Shown: positions 1-8,700 of the stretch, piece after piece | Layout: every line of letters starts with the position of its first letter | Position numbering within the stretch: the stretch's first letter is position 1 | Origin: Candidatus Micrarchaeota archaeon | Lineage (GTDB): Archaea > Micrarchaeota > Micrarchaeia > Anstonellales > Anstonellaceae | Length of the DNA: 64,000 nucleotides | NCBI GenBank assembly: GCA_021814005.1 | Contig: JAKAJC010000002.1 | Location: forward strand, 4,325-68,324 | Direction of reading: 5' to 3' | The notes under the pieces: model-generated | What the model saw: only the letters and a program-made list of their open reading frames with translations | Database searches by the model: none | Told to the model about the DNA's origin: nothing | Translations under genes and position numbers: made by a program

Positions 1-629
1 AAAATTCTGGTTTCGGGGGAAAGAACAGCCATATTGCCCCTGCTTTGCGCTTTTTCAATCAATTCAAGCGCATGCGAGGGCTTCATGGGTCCAAGCTTTG
101 GGTCTATGTCAAGAAGGCACAATGTGTGCGCGCCCCTTGCCTGATTTTCGGCGACAAGGTCGACGAACGAGGTCGGCTCGTAATTCTTTCTCCAATAGGT
201 GATTGTAGCCGTTTTGCCCATTTTGTAGATTTGCAGGCCTGCCGCACCCGGCGCGGCCGTGAAAATAGAAGCTGCATGTAAAATATGCACCTGGATATGG
301 CGCAGATTAGCGGCGGCCACCAAACTATTGTGCGTGGTGGCTGTCATCGGGTCTCCTGGCACAAGAAGCGCCGTGGGCCCCAGAGCGCAGGCCTCGAGGA
401 TTTTCTTTTCCTCCTCCACCTCTTCGCGCGCAAGCAGAACGATTTTGCGTCCTATCCTCTCCTCAAGGCGGCGCAGGGTTCCCTCTCTCATCATGTTGGT
501 ATAGTTTTCTGCAAAAACCGTTCGGCAGGTGCGCACTACCTCGATGGCGCGCATGCTCATGTCATTCTCGTCGCACAGGCCAAGGCCGGCGAGAAAAAGC
601 GGGCCTTTGCTGTTTTTGTTTTCATTCAT
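1..629 (-). CDS. dph5: Diphthine synthase (Dph5), partial; C-terminus runs off the window start
   Basis: Reverse-complement translation from the ATG at 629 gives MNENKNSKGPLFLAGLGLCDENDMSMRAIE...FAENYTNMM...GDPMTATTH. These match the diphthine synthase / tetrapyrrole-methylase signature (LIGLGL.DE.DIT, FAEFYTS, GDPMVATTH). No stop occurs before position 1. The ORF track omits it because it is incomplete. Confidence 0.8.
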   Translation of the reverse strand, partial: MNENKNSKGPLFLAGLGLCDENDMSMRAIEVVRTCRTVFAENYTNMMREGTLRRLEERIGRKIVLLAREEVEEEKKILEACALGPTALLVPGDPMTATTHNSLVAAANLRHIQVHILHAASIFTAAPGAAGLQIYKMGKTATITYWRKNYEPTSFVDLVAENQARGAHTLCLLDIDPKLGPMKPSHALELIEKAQSRGNMAVLSPETRI

Positions 630-681
630 ATGGAAACTTGCTCCTGCAAAGCATTTAACCCTCCCTCACCATAGCTTTTTC

Positions 682-1992
682 ATGGACGTTGTCCGCCTCT
701 GGTCTGAGGCAAAAAAGAAGGGTGCGCCGGACAGGAGTTTGCCCAGCGGGCGCTCAGCCGATGATTTGTGCCCGTCTTGCCGGTGCAACGGCCGCGTCTA
801 CTGCCCCCACAAGCCGCTTCTGGCCATTGCCGCCGAGCTGGCCGCCCCTCTGCAAAAGCAGGATTTCTTCGGCCCCAGCCCGCCCAACATTTTTGTGGGC
901 CATTACGGCTGGCCTTCTGTGAATTGGGGCCCCATGGTGGGCCTGGCCGACGACATTCCCGACAACCCCAAAGACTGGTATGGCTGGGGTTTTGACGAGA
1001 TTGTGCGCGCGCGCTCGATGCAGGTGAGGGGCCAGTCAAAAGGCTCTGTGGCGGCAGCCTCGCAGCCCAAAAGCGCCGGCATGGGGAGAGAGACGCCGGT
1101 GCCGAGAATGCTTGCAGACGCGCAAGAGGCAGCCATGTCTTTTTCGCCAATCGACTTAGAAATGCATTTTTCCAAAGCTCCCAAACTTGCTGTCGAATTT
1201 CATTCCATCCACCAGCCCATGGGCCCCTCGGCTCCGCTTGAAAAACTGCGTCTGGCCGAGAATTCAAAAATTCCTGACAAAGTGGACGAGCTTGTGGAAG
1301 AGGGCGTGAAGGCGCAGATGGCGATGGGTGAATTGGCAGTGGCCGGTTTTGACGAGCATTATCTTGTGCGGCTGCTGACCGCCGGAGTGCTGGGGAAAAA
1401 GCAGAGCCGCAAACTCGTGCCGACAAGATGGGGCATCACCGCCGTCGACGACACTCTTGCCAAATTACATATGGAAAAAATCCGTGAAATGAAGCAGGGC
1501 AGCGGCTTTTTGCTTTATTTCAATGAATATCTTGCAAACCGCTTCTCGGTCCTGCTCATGCCGGGCGCATGGGAATACGAGGGATTTGAGGCATGGTGCG
1601 GGCCGATGAAATGCAGCGGGGCAACGCAGGCGGCCGGCCAGTCATTTGCCATTTCTGAAGAATACGAACCATTTGCCGGCCGCAGCGATTATGCGCAAAA
1701 GCAGGGCGGCGGCTATTATGCCGCAAGACTTGGCGTGGCCGAAGCGCTTGCCAATGACATGCACCAGCAATACCGCGCCCTTGTCATCCGTGAAATAATG
1801 CCTGAATATGATTTGCCTGTCGGCGTGTGGGAAATAAGAGAAAACGTAAGGCACGCGATGAAAAATGTCCCGCAAAAGTTCGGCTCATTGTCCGAAGCCC
1901 TCTCCGCCCTCTCAACACAGCTCAAGCTGCCGCTTGGCGAATACAAAAAACAGAGCCAGCTGCTCTCGCAAAAAAGATTGTCAGATTTCTGA
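682..1992 (+). CDS. Possible Nre-family DNA repair protein (NreA-like) with N-terminal CxxC...CxxxC zinc ribbon
   Basis: ORF 529..1992, probably starting at the ATG at 682 (MDVVRLW...). It has a CPSCRCNGRVYCPHKP metal-binding motif followed by VGHYGWPSVNWGPMVGLADDIPDNPKDWYGWGFDEIVRARS. The family assignment is from memory of the Nre_N/Nre_C architecture and is tentative. Confidence 0.4.
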   Translation: MDVVRLWSEAKKKGAPDRSLPSGRSADDLCPSCRCNGRVYCPHKPLLAIAAELAAPLQKQDFFGPSPPNIFVGHYGWPSVNWGPMVGLADDIPDNPKDWYGWGFDEIVRARSMQVRGQSKGSVAAASQPKSAGMGRETPVPRMLADAQEAAMSFSPIDLEMHFSKAPKLAVEFHSIHQPMGPSAPLEKLRLAENSKIPDKVDELVEEGVKAQMAMGELAVAGFDEHYLVRLLTAGVLGKKQSRKLVPTRWGITAVDDTLAKLHMEKIREMKQGSGFLLYFNEYLANRFSVLLMPGAWEYEGFEAWCGPMKCSGATQAAGQSFAISEEYEPFAGRSDYAQKQGGGYYAARLGVAEALANDMHQQYRALVIREIMPEYDLPVGVWEIRENVRHAMKNVPQKFGSLSEALSALSTQLKLPLGEYKKQSQLLSQKRLSDF

Positions 1993-2029
1993 CAAAATAT
2001 TGCCAGACTTTTAATTTTCAGTCCAGCTT

Positions 2030-3178
2030 CTATTTTTCCATTATCTTCTTCACAATCTGGGCCGTCTTCTCCCTTTTTTCTTCCGGCGCGCCGATGATAA
2101 GCTGCGAGCGCGATTCGGCCGCCCGCTCCAAAGATGCCACAAGCGGCGAGGCCTTCTCAAGCTTTTTCGGCCCGTCATCTGTCAAAATCTCGATTGTGGT
2201 GCGCGAGCGGAACGGGTCTGGCACGCTCACCAGAATGCAAACTCCGCATGCCTCGCTCAATTCCTGTGACAGCTCGCCAGACTTGGCGCGTTTCTTTGTG
2301 TTTGCATCAAGCCCGCTCCAGTGCCCTGTCCACGCCCTCTTGTAAAGGCGGCGGTTGAGCAAACCGTCTGCCAGAGCGCGGCCTGCCGGCAACTCGCGCA
2401 GGCGCATAAGCATTGCCGTGTCGCCCTCTGTTTTCGCCGCCTCCCAGTCCATGCGCGGGTCGTCCAGCGCCTCGCCGATGGCCTGCTGCAGCATGGCGCG
2501 CGCCATGCGCACGGCGTGATGGTAGTAAACAGCATGAAACATTTCAAAGCGCGCCATAATCATGGATTCGGCGGCCTCGAGGCCGTTTCCGCGCAAAGCA
2601 GGCCTGCCCTTCACCCAGCGCAGCGTGGAGAAAATGCGCGGCCCGTCCACCACTCCATATGCAACTCCGGTGTAATACGCGTCGCGCAGCAAATAGTCTA
2701 TTCTGTCTGCGCCGACATCAGACGTGATAAGCTGGCCATAAGAGTAACCCTGCATCCATTTTGCAACCTGTGTTGGTTCATCCTCTTTTTCGATTATCTC
2801 GGCCAGAGGCCCGCTCCGAATCATTTTTGCTCCCCGCTTTTCATGGTCCCCGAACCTGTGGGCAGTAACGCACTCGGAATCATGTGAAAACGGCAGATGC
2901 CCTATGTCATGCAAAAGCGCGGCCATGCGCAGGCGTTTTCGCTCGGCTGCCGGCAGCTCGATTGCGCGTGCCATCCTCTCGGCCAATTGCAGGCTGCCCA
3001 AAGAATGCTCGAAGCGGGTGTGATGCGCGCCCGGATAAACAAGATGGGTCATGCCGAGCTGGCGGATGAAGCGCAGGCGCTGGAAAACCGGCGTGTCGAT
3101 AAGGCGCGCCTCGAGCGGGCTGAGCTCAATGGTGCCGTGCACCGGGTCGCGGATTATTGTTTTCTCTGAAAATGCCAT
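2030..3178 (-). CDS. HD-domain phosphohydrolase (dGTPase / dNTP triphosphohydrolase-like)
   Basis: ORF 2030..3202. It carries the HD motifs RFEHSLGS and LLHDIGHLPFSHDSE and the dGTPase-like region GADRIDYLLRDAYYTG. The start is either 3202 or 3178 (MAFSEK). Confidence 0.75.
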   Translation of the reverse strand: MAFSEKTIIRDPVHGTIELSPLEARLIDTPVFQRLRFIRQLGMTHLVYPGAHHTRFEHSLGSLQLAERMARAIELPAAERKRLRMAALLHDIGHLPFSHDSECVTAHRFGDHEKRGAKMIRSGPLAEIIEKEDEPTQVAKWMQGYSYGQLITSDVGADRIDYLLRDAYYTGVAYGVVDGPRIFSTLRWVKGRPALRGNGLEAAESMIMARFEMFHAVYYHHAVRMARAMLQQAIGEALDDPRMDWEAAKTEGDTAMLMRLRELPAGRALADGLLNRRLYKRAWTGHWSGLDANTKKRAKSGELSQELSEACGVCILVSVPDPFRSRTTIEILTDDGPKKLEKASPLVASLERAAESRSQLIIGAPEEKREKTAQIVKKIMEK

Positions 3179-3225
3179 ATCTTCGCCTTTCTCAATTGTC
3201 AATTCTCAGCCCTCGTCCCCGCATT

Positions 3226-4173
3226 CTAGGCCCTCTCCCATTCCCCCCGCCTTTTTTCAATCACTTCTCCCTCGTCTGCCATAATCATCAGGATAACACT
3301 GACCGCCTCGCCCGGCAATCCGAGCGCAGATGCGATTTTCTCGGCAGTGGCCGGGCCGGCGTCAAGCTGGGCCAGCACAAGGCCTGCATACTGGTGCAAA
3401 AACGAGCGGCGCAGCACATAATATCGTTTGTCAAATCCGCGTATGCCGCGCACGTCGTCGCTTTTGAGCATGGGCGCAATCTGCATCATGGCCATCTTGG
3501 CCTCTGTCTCGGTGTTCAGCACCATGTATCCGAATTTGGCCAGATGGTCTGCGCTGTTAATCGGCGGCATGCCTGAAGAGGAAGAGGGATAGGCAAGAGG
3601 AACAGACGCAACCGCTGTTTTTGCTGCAGATTCGGATGCGGGTTGTTCAGTTTTTTTGGAAGAAATTACAATCGGGGGAGAAACAGCCTCATACACCCTC
3701 TGGCTGATGTTGTACACTCCCTCCTTGTATTTGGCGCTCTTGAACACCTCGATAAGGCGGCGCGCCACCAGCGCGTCAAGCGTTTTCTTCTCGGCCGCAT
3801 TGATTTTTTTCGCCACCTGCGGCACCGTGCGCTCCTCAAAGCGTATTGTGAGAAGTTTTCGCACCATTGAAGTTTCTTCTGGGGAAAGAAGCACCGCCGG
3901 AGAGCGGGATGCGGCCGCGCCTGCGGATTTTTTCGAAACAGCAGCGGGCTGAATTTTTTCTTTTTCAGCCCCCTCCTCCTTTTTCTCGTCAAATTTCTCA
4001 AGAGCGCCGGATTCTGTGAGCAGCACCACGCCTTTGCGCAGCACCCACACATCCACCTCGTCGCCGCCGGAGAGCGCGGCCAGTGCTGCAGGCGGCAGGG
4101 TTATCTGTCCGGCCGTTGCGGTGCGTTTGATGGTGGCTCTCATGCGCGTCGTCTCCTTTTCATCTTTTTTCAT
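3226..4173 (-). CDS. Hypothetical protein with N-terminal AbrB/SpoVT-like swapped-hairpin region and predicted winged-helix C-terminal modules
   Basis: The N-terminal stretch (MRATIKRTATAGQITLPPAALAALSGGDEVDVWVL) resembles an AbrB/MazE-type DNA-binding hairpin. The C-terminus has wH-like segments (LVLAQLDAGPATAEKIASALGLPGEAVSVILMIMADEGEVIEK). The codon usage is coherent. Confidence 0.5.
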   Translation of the reverse strand: MKKDEKETTRMRATIKRTATAGQITLPPAALAALSGGDEVDVWVLRKGVVLLTESGALEKFDEKKEEGAEKEKIQPAAVSKKSAGAAASRSPAVLLSPEETSMVRKLLTIRFEERTVPQVAKKINAAEKKTLDALVARRLIEVFKSAKYKEGVYNISQRVYEAVSPPIVISSKKTEQPASESAAKTAVASVPLAYPSSSSGMPPINSADHLAKFGYMVLNTETEAKMAMMQIAPMLKSDDVRGIRGFDKRYYVLRRSFLHQYAGLVLAQLDAGPATAEKIASALGLPGEAVSVILMIMADEGEVIEKRRGEWERA

Positions 4174-4205
4174 CTTGTTTTCTTGTTTTTCTCATTTTGT
4201 TTTTA

Positions 4206-4826
4206 TCAGCGGACAAGGGGCTTTTTCGCCACCTTTCCTTCAGGCTTTTCCTCTGCAAATATTTCAGCGCCAAATGTCCAGATTTTCGCCGACGGGCTCT
4301 TCCACATGTCCCTTGGCAGACCCGCCTTTTCGCAGACAGCCTCTAAGAACTCTTGGGTGGTGAAATTCCACTCAAGCGCGACCTGCGGCAGCAGCAGGCC
4401 CGAGGCTCCGCCGTATTGTATGATGAGCCCGTCCTGCCCTATTTTTACCGCGGCCCGCCGTCCGGCCTCGTCTTTTGCCTTGATTGGCGCCGGCACCGTG
4501 AGCGCGCTCACCTCGAAAATAACAGAAGGCAGCTCCGCGCGCGTCATGGGCGCAAAGCGCGTGTCCTCCAAACCGGCCAGGCGCGCCGCCAGCTCAGTTG
4601 CCTCGTAAAGCCGATGGTCCGGGCGGATGAATCCGATGCAGCCGCGCAGCTCCTCTTTTGGATAAGTGTGAATAGTGACAAAAACCCCCCGCGGCTCCTC
4701 AAGCGAGGCCGGAATTTCGGGAGGGGGTTTTGCGATGCCGGCTTCCTGTACTCCAAGCGCTTTTGACAGCGAGCGGCGGGCCATTTTAACGAGCATGGCG
4801 CCTTCTTCGCTTTTGAGGGCAGGCAT
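4206..4826 (-). CDS. AMMECR1 domain protein
   Basis: It contains the RGCIGFI motif, which matches the AMMECR1 signature (GCIG). It is 206 aa, a typical archaeal size for this family. Confidence 0.8.
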   Translation of the reverse strand: MPALKSEEGAMLVKMARRSLSKALGVQEAGIAKPPPEIPASLEEPRGVFVTIHTYPKEELRGCIGFIRPDHRLYEATELAARLAGLEDTRFAPMTRAELPSVIFEVSALTVPAPIKAKDEAGRRAAVKIGQDGLIIQYGGASGLLLPQVALEWNFTTQEFLEAVCEKAGLPRDMWKSPSAKIWTFGAEIFAEEKPEGKVAKKPLVR

Positions 4827-4919
4827 GCTCTGCTGTCGTGACCAACCCTTATATCGATAGCGGAAAAATCCGGTTTTGTTTCAATTCAATTTATTTGGTT
4901 TGCCGCCCAACCGCTTCTC

Positions 4920-5444
4920 ATGGAACTTGAGGAAGCGCTTTTGCACGTCAAAAAGCCGGACGGACCGGTGCTCGACGGGCTTGAGCGCGCGTACGGCGAT
5001 ATCGCACAGGCCTACGGCTACGTGCCGGTCCAGTCCCCTCTTTTCGCCATGTTCGCCAAGCCCCAGAACGGAACGCTTGCAATCGAGGTGCAGTTCGGCA
5101 ATGCGCACGAATTCGAATCCTCGCTGCGCCGCCTGTCCGAGAGCGGGGCGGATTTGTGCGTGTTTGTCACCTCAAGCCGCGTGCGCACCATGCGCCTCGA
5201 GGATGCGCGCGCACTTCTTTTGCGAAAATTCCAGACAAAAGGCAGCCGCTACATTTTCATCGACATCGAAACCGGCCGGCACGCCGAGGCAAATTTCGAA
5301 TGGGGCAAATTCGAGCGCGAAGTTGACCGGCCTGACTGGAGCAGGGCCGGCCCCGCAACGCCGCCAAGGGATTTGTTCCGCCACCAAACGCCCCGCTCAA
5401 AGCCGATTTATGGAAGGCGGGGCGAGCACAAGGAACAAGATTAG
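4920..5444 (+). CDS. Hypothetical protein with no confident family (weak PD-(D/E)xK-like pattern)
   Basis: It has a realistic amino-acid composition (MELEEALLHVKKPDGPVLDGLERAYGDIAQ...IEVQFGNAHE...CVFVTSSRV...RYIFIDIETG). The overlapping frame 4876..5547 is Ser/Arg/Cys/Pro-rich and looks spurious. Confidence 0.4.
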   Translation: MELEEALLHVKKPDGPVLDGLERAYGDIAQAYGYVPVQSPLFAMFAKPQNGTLAIEVQFGNAHEFESSLRRLSESGADLCVFVTSSRVRTMRLEDARALLLRKFQTKGSRYIFIDIETGRHAEANFEWGKFEREVDRPDWSRAGPATPPRDLFRHQTPRSKPIYGRRGEHKEQD

Positions 5445-5528
5445 GGAAAGAAAGCCCTTACACATTTTTACGCATTTTACAAAAGCTTTATATAATCCCC
5501 CGCCCATATTCTATGAGGTAAATTCGAG

Positions 5529-7577
5529 GTGGATTGTTTGCGTCTGATTGCGCTTGTGATGGGCTTTTTGCTGCTGCTCAGCGCAATTCATGCGGACACA
5601 ACCGCCAGCTATACGCAAGACGGCCTTTTGATTGAGCGCACAATGCAAATCCGCCCAATCAACTCCATCAGCACAACAACGGGAGCGCTGCGCGCGCTCA
5701 ACGGCACCATCATCACTCTTTCAGTCACCAACCGCGGCCCGTCAGACAGGCACAACCTCACTCTGGAGGAAGACATCACATATCTTCCGTCATACATCCG
5801 CATAATCTACAGCATCAAGCCTTCGCAGACCGACGGCCGCAGGGTTTTGTGGAATGTCGGGGATTTGCCGGCAGGCAGTCGTTTCGAGGTGTCTTTCAGC
5901 CTGCCAACTCCTGTATCAGACGCAGCCGTTGAATCTGCCAAGCCCCCCACAGTCCGCTCGGCGCGGCCCCCGGCCGAAATCATTGTTCCTAACATTGTGG
6001 ACCGGGGTCAGACCGTTGTGCTGCGCCTCACCACCCCCGACGGGGTTCCGATAAACGACGCGCAAGTCGAGCTCATAAGCCCCGGTGGCATCCGCTCGTC
6101 AGGAACAACTGATGCGATGGGCCGCTTTGTCTTCGTGGCCGACCAGGCCGGATATTACACTTATAGCATTCCCGACTTCACGGCCGGCGCAATTCCGGCA
6201 ACAGAAAGCCGCGTGCCTGTCGTGGTGACGCCGCCAACCACCGGCGCAATCACCCCGGTCTCAAACGCCTCAAGCTCCACTCCGCTCTTTTCATTTGACG
6301 CTCTAATCGGCCTGTGGCCGCTGGTCGGCGGGCTTCTCATCATCGGCCTGCTCGCGTTCGGCATCTACAGCTATTTCAACCGCCCGAGCGACGACAGCCC
6401 GACCGCTCCCGCGCCGGCATTCCGCCCGCCCGTGCGCGACGGCGACGGCATGACGCCAACAGCCTCCCCTTCCTCAACCGTGCCTGATGCTTCGGCATCC
6501 ATGCCCTCCTCAACAAGAACAGCGCCATCCCCCCCGTCTTCAACCTCTTTTGGTGCATCCAACCCGCAAGTCGTCTCACAGACGCGCGGCCTGCTCGCGG
6601 CAAGGCGCGCAGCCAAAAACGGTGATGATGCGCCGCAAAACCCGGCATCGTCTGGCACAAGCGCAGATACCGACGACGAAGAGTCTCAAACAGGCAAACA
6701 TCCCGGCGAATTCGACTTCAGCTCAAAGCCCCGCTACAGCGAGGAAACAACCGCGATTTTGGAAAGCGGAAATCTTTCTGACTCAGGCAACGAAGGAAAA
6801 GATGAGAATGAGACCGAACATTTCACATCAGATGAAACAGAGGAGAGCGGCGACTCTTCGGATTCATCCGGCTCTCCCCCGCCGTCATGGATGACTCATG
6901 AAGCCCTGAACGGCGAGCGCGCCGAAGTGGATGACGAAGCAATCACCAAAACCATCTCGGAACTGGAGGCCCTGCGCTCGGAGCTGAAAAACCGCGCCAG
7001 CGCCCGCGCCGCGTCAGGTGAAGAGCAGTTCGAGCCGTCTTCGCAAAGCGGACAGTCGTCCAGAGAGCGCCATCTCAAGGAGGCATTCAACGAGCTTGGA
7101 AATCTCGGGCAGGAGATGGACAATGAGAACACCCAGGAAGCATCTGATGATTCGCAAGTAAGTTCGGACATTCTCTCCCAAGCAGCAGAGCCTGAAGCGT
7201 CTGACGAGGAAATCACCCAATCCATCGCGCCTGAAGAGATTCCAACAGTTTCGGAGGCCGCCGCGGCGGATGAGCGCGGCGAGGGCGGCGAGGGCGAAGA
7301 ACAGGGCGCCCAGAGCTATGAGCCGCAGCTCCCAGAAGCCGAAGAGGCGCCGCGCATCATCATGGAGCCTATTTCAATTTCGCCCATTCCTCCGCGCATG
7401 AGCCGCGTGGCCAAGAGGCCGGCCAAGCAGGCCGCCCGCCGCTCTCCGGTGAAAACAGCGAGCGCGAAAAAGAAATCAGCAGTTTCACAGGGCAAAAAAA
7501 CTCCTGCTGCCCAAAAAGCATTGCCTGCCAAACGCGCTCCCGCCAAAAAGCATGCGGCAAAATCGAAAAAACGCTAA
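5529..7577 (+). CDS. Signal-peptide membrane or surface protein with a carboxypeptidase-regulatory-like beta domain, one TM helix, a long disordered S/P/T-rich then acidic region, and a Lys/Ala/Pro-rich C-terminal tail
   Basis: The signal peptide is MGFLLLLSAIHA. A CarbopepD_reg-like stretch reads VELISPGGIRSSGTTDAMGRFVFVADQAGYYTYSI. The TM helix is LIGLWPLVGGLLIIGLLAFGIYSYF. About 330 aa of low complexity follow, ending KKSAVSQGKKTPAAQKALPAKRAPAKKHAAKSKKR. The listed start is GTG at 5529; an ATG lies at 5559. Confidence 0.6.
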   Translation: MDCLRLIALVMGFLLLLSAIHADTTASYTQDGLLIERTMQIRPINSISTTTGALRALNGTIITLSVTNRGPSDRHNLTLEEDITYLPSYIRIIYSIKPSQTDGRRVLWNVGDLPAGSRFEVSFSLPTPVSDAAVESAKPPTVRSARPPAEIIVPNIVDRGQTVVLRLTTPDGVPINDAQVELISPGGIRSSGTTDAMGRFVFVADQAGYYTYSIPDFTAGAIPATESRVPVVVTPPTTGAITPVSNASSSTPLFSFDALIGLWPLVGGLLIIGLLAFGIYSYFNRPSDDSPTAPAPAFRPPVRDGDGMTPTASPSSTVPDASASMPSSTRTAPSPPSSTSFGASNPQVVSQTRGLLAARRAAKNGDDAPQNPASSGTSADTDDEESQTGKHPGEFDFSSKPRYSEETTAILESGNLSDSGNEGKDENETEHFTSDETEESGDSSDSSGSPPPSWMTHEALNGERAEVDDEAITKTISELEALRSELKNRASARAASGEEQFEPSSQSGQSSRERHLKEAFNELGNLGQEMDNENTQEASDDSQVSSDILSQAAEPEASDEEITQSIAPEEIPTVSEAAAADERGEGGEGEEQGAQSYEPQLPEAEEAPRIIMEPISISPIPPRMSRVAKRPAKQAARRSPVKTASAKKKSAVSQGKKTPAAQKALPAKRAPAKKHAAKSKKR

Positions 7578-7579
7578 TT

Positions 7580-8200
7580 TTACACCGGCGTGTGCAGCAT
7601 TATTCCAAGCACATATCCCGCGGCCGTGGCAAGCCCTCCAACTATAAGAATTTCAAGGCCTGAGCGCTTCCAGTCTCCCACAGTCCATTTTGCCTTGAGG
7701 GCGCCGGTGCCGAACAGCACCGCTCCGGACAGGATGATGGAAGCCGGAATGGCCTGGCTTGGCTGCAGAACAAAATACGGAACAAGGGGCACCATGGAGC
7801 CGGCCAGAGTCGCCAACCCAACCGACACCGCCTTGGAAACAGGCTTTGTTGCGCCGGCCTCGTCATCATAATGCATGAGCAGGCGGGAGCGCACGAATGC
7901 GATTTTCTCTTTAGGCAGTCTTTTTTGCAGCGTTTTTATCGTCTTCTCCACTTCGGCCCTGCCCATGCCGGCCTCGTCAGCCCGCATTGTCTCGTAATCC
8001 ATCGCCGCCTTGGTGGAAGTGTAGGCAACCGCGCCCATGGAAATGCTTTCGGCCATCATGCCGGCCAATCCCGCCACCACAACCAGCTGGGCCTGCGCTC
8101 CGGCGCTGGCCACGCCCATGGTGAGGCCAAGCACATTGACAAGTCCGTCCTGCCCGCCCAATATGACGTCTGCCATGTGGCGCGCGCGATTTGAAGACAT
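7580..8200 (-). CDS. VIT1/CCC1 family iron/manganese transporter (DUF125)
   Basis: The sequence runs MSSNRARHMADVILGGQDGLVNVLGLTMGVASAG... to ...LEILIVGGLATAAGYVLGIMLHTPV. This is the typical VIT-family organisation of an N-terminal GxxDG, a ferritin-like loop and C-terminal TMs. The tool's longer ORF (to 8521) is a spurious 107-codon N-terminal extension that overlaps the divergent gene. Confidence 0.75.
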   Translation of the reverse strand: MSSNRARHMADVILGGQDGLVNVLGLTMGVASAGAQAQLVVVAGLAGMMAESISMGAVAYTSTKAAMDYETMRADEAGMGRAEVEKTIKTLQKRLPKEKIAFVRSRLLMHYDDEAGATKPVSKAVSVGLATLAGSMVPLVPYFVLQPSQAIPASIILSGAVLFGTGALKAKWTVGDWKRSGLEILIVGGLATAAGYVLGIMLHTPV

Positions 8201-8236
8201 GCATTTTGGTTCATACTTTACATTTAAAGAACTGCC

Positions 8237-8683
8237 GTGCATTACCTTCGCATGGACGTGCAGAAGGCGGCCGACATACAGGCCATGGTGGAAGACATCG
8301 TGGTCACGCTCGACAAGCCCTATCTCAACCAGTACAGGCTCATCTGCATGCGCAGCAGGGGAAACAAGGCGCGCGCATACGCCCGCATCTGGAACCTGCC
8401 CGACATCTGGCAAAAGGCTCTTGACGTTGGGCCCTATTACATCATCGAGGTGCTGGCAGAGCATTTCGACTCTCTTTCTGAGGACAAGAAAAAGCAGGTG
8501 CTTATTCACGAGCTGTTGCATATTCCAAAAACTTTCTCAGGCGCGCTTCTTTCCCACGGCCACCCGTCCGCGCCGGTCAATGAGAAGGCGGTCAAGGTGC
8601 TGTGGAAAGAGTATTTGCAGAAAAAAGGAATCTCTCCGAAAAAAGAGGGGCTTGCGCGCTTTTTTGATTTTGGTGAAGACTGA
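8237..8683 (+). CDS. Predicted zinc metallopeptidase (HExxH; SprT/WLM/DUF45-like small archaeal metallopeptidase)
   Basis: It has the LIHELLHIP HExxH motif and is 148 aa. It lies divergent to the VIT1 gene. Confidence 0.55.
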   Translation: MHYLRMDVQKAADIQAMVEDIVVTLDKPYLNQYRLICMRSRGNKARAYARIWNLPDIWQKALDVGPYYIIEVLAEHFDSLSEDKKKQVLIHELLHIPKTFSGALLSHGHPSAPVNEKAVKVLWKEYLQKKGISPKKEGLARFFDFGED

Positions 8684-8700
8684 TTCGGACTAGCGATTTC

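Noticed and set aside
1-680. Plus-strand ORFs 45..281, 259..504 and 285..674
   Set aside because: They are antisense to a clear diphthine synthase reading frame on the minus strand, and their composition (R/A/S-rich) is typical of GC-driven spurious frames.
680-1426. 248-aa minus-strand ORF
   Set aside because: It is antisense to the NreA-like gene. It is Pro/Arg/Ala/Ser-rich low complexity with no support.
7580-8521. 313-aa minus-strand ORF as listed
   Set aside because: The first 107 codons run antisense into the divergent metallopeptidase gene (8237..8683) and have junk composition. The VIT1 homology begins at MSSNRAR (start 8200).
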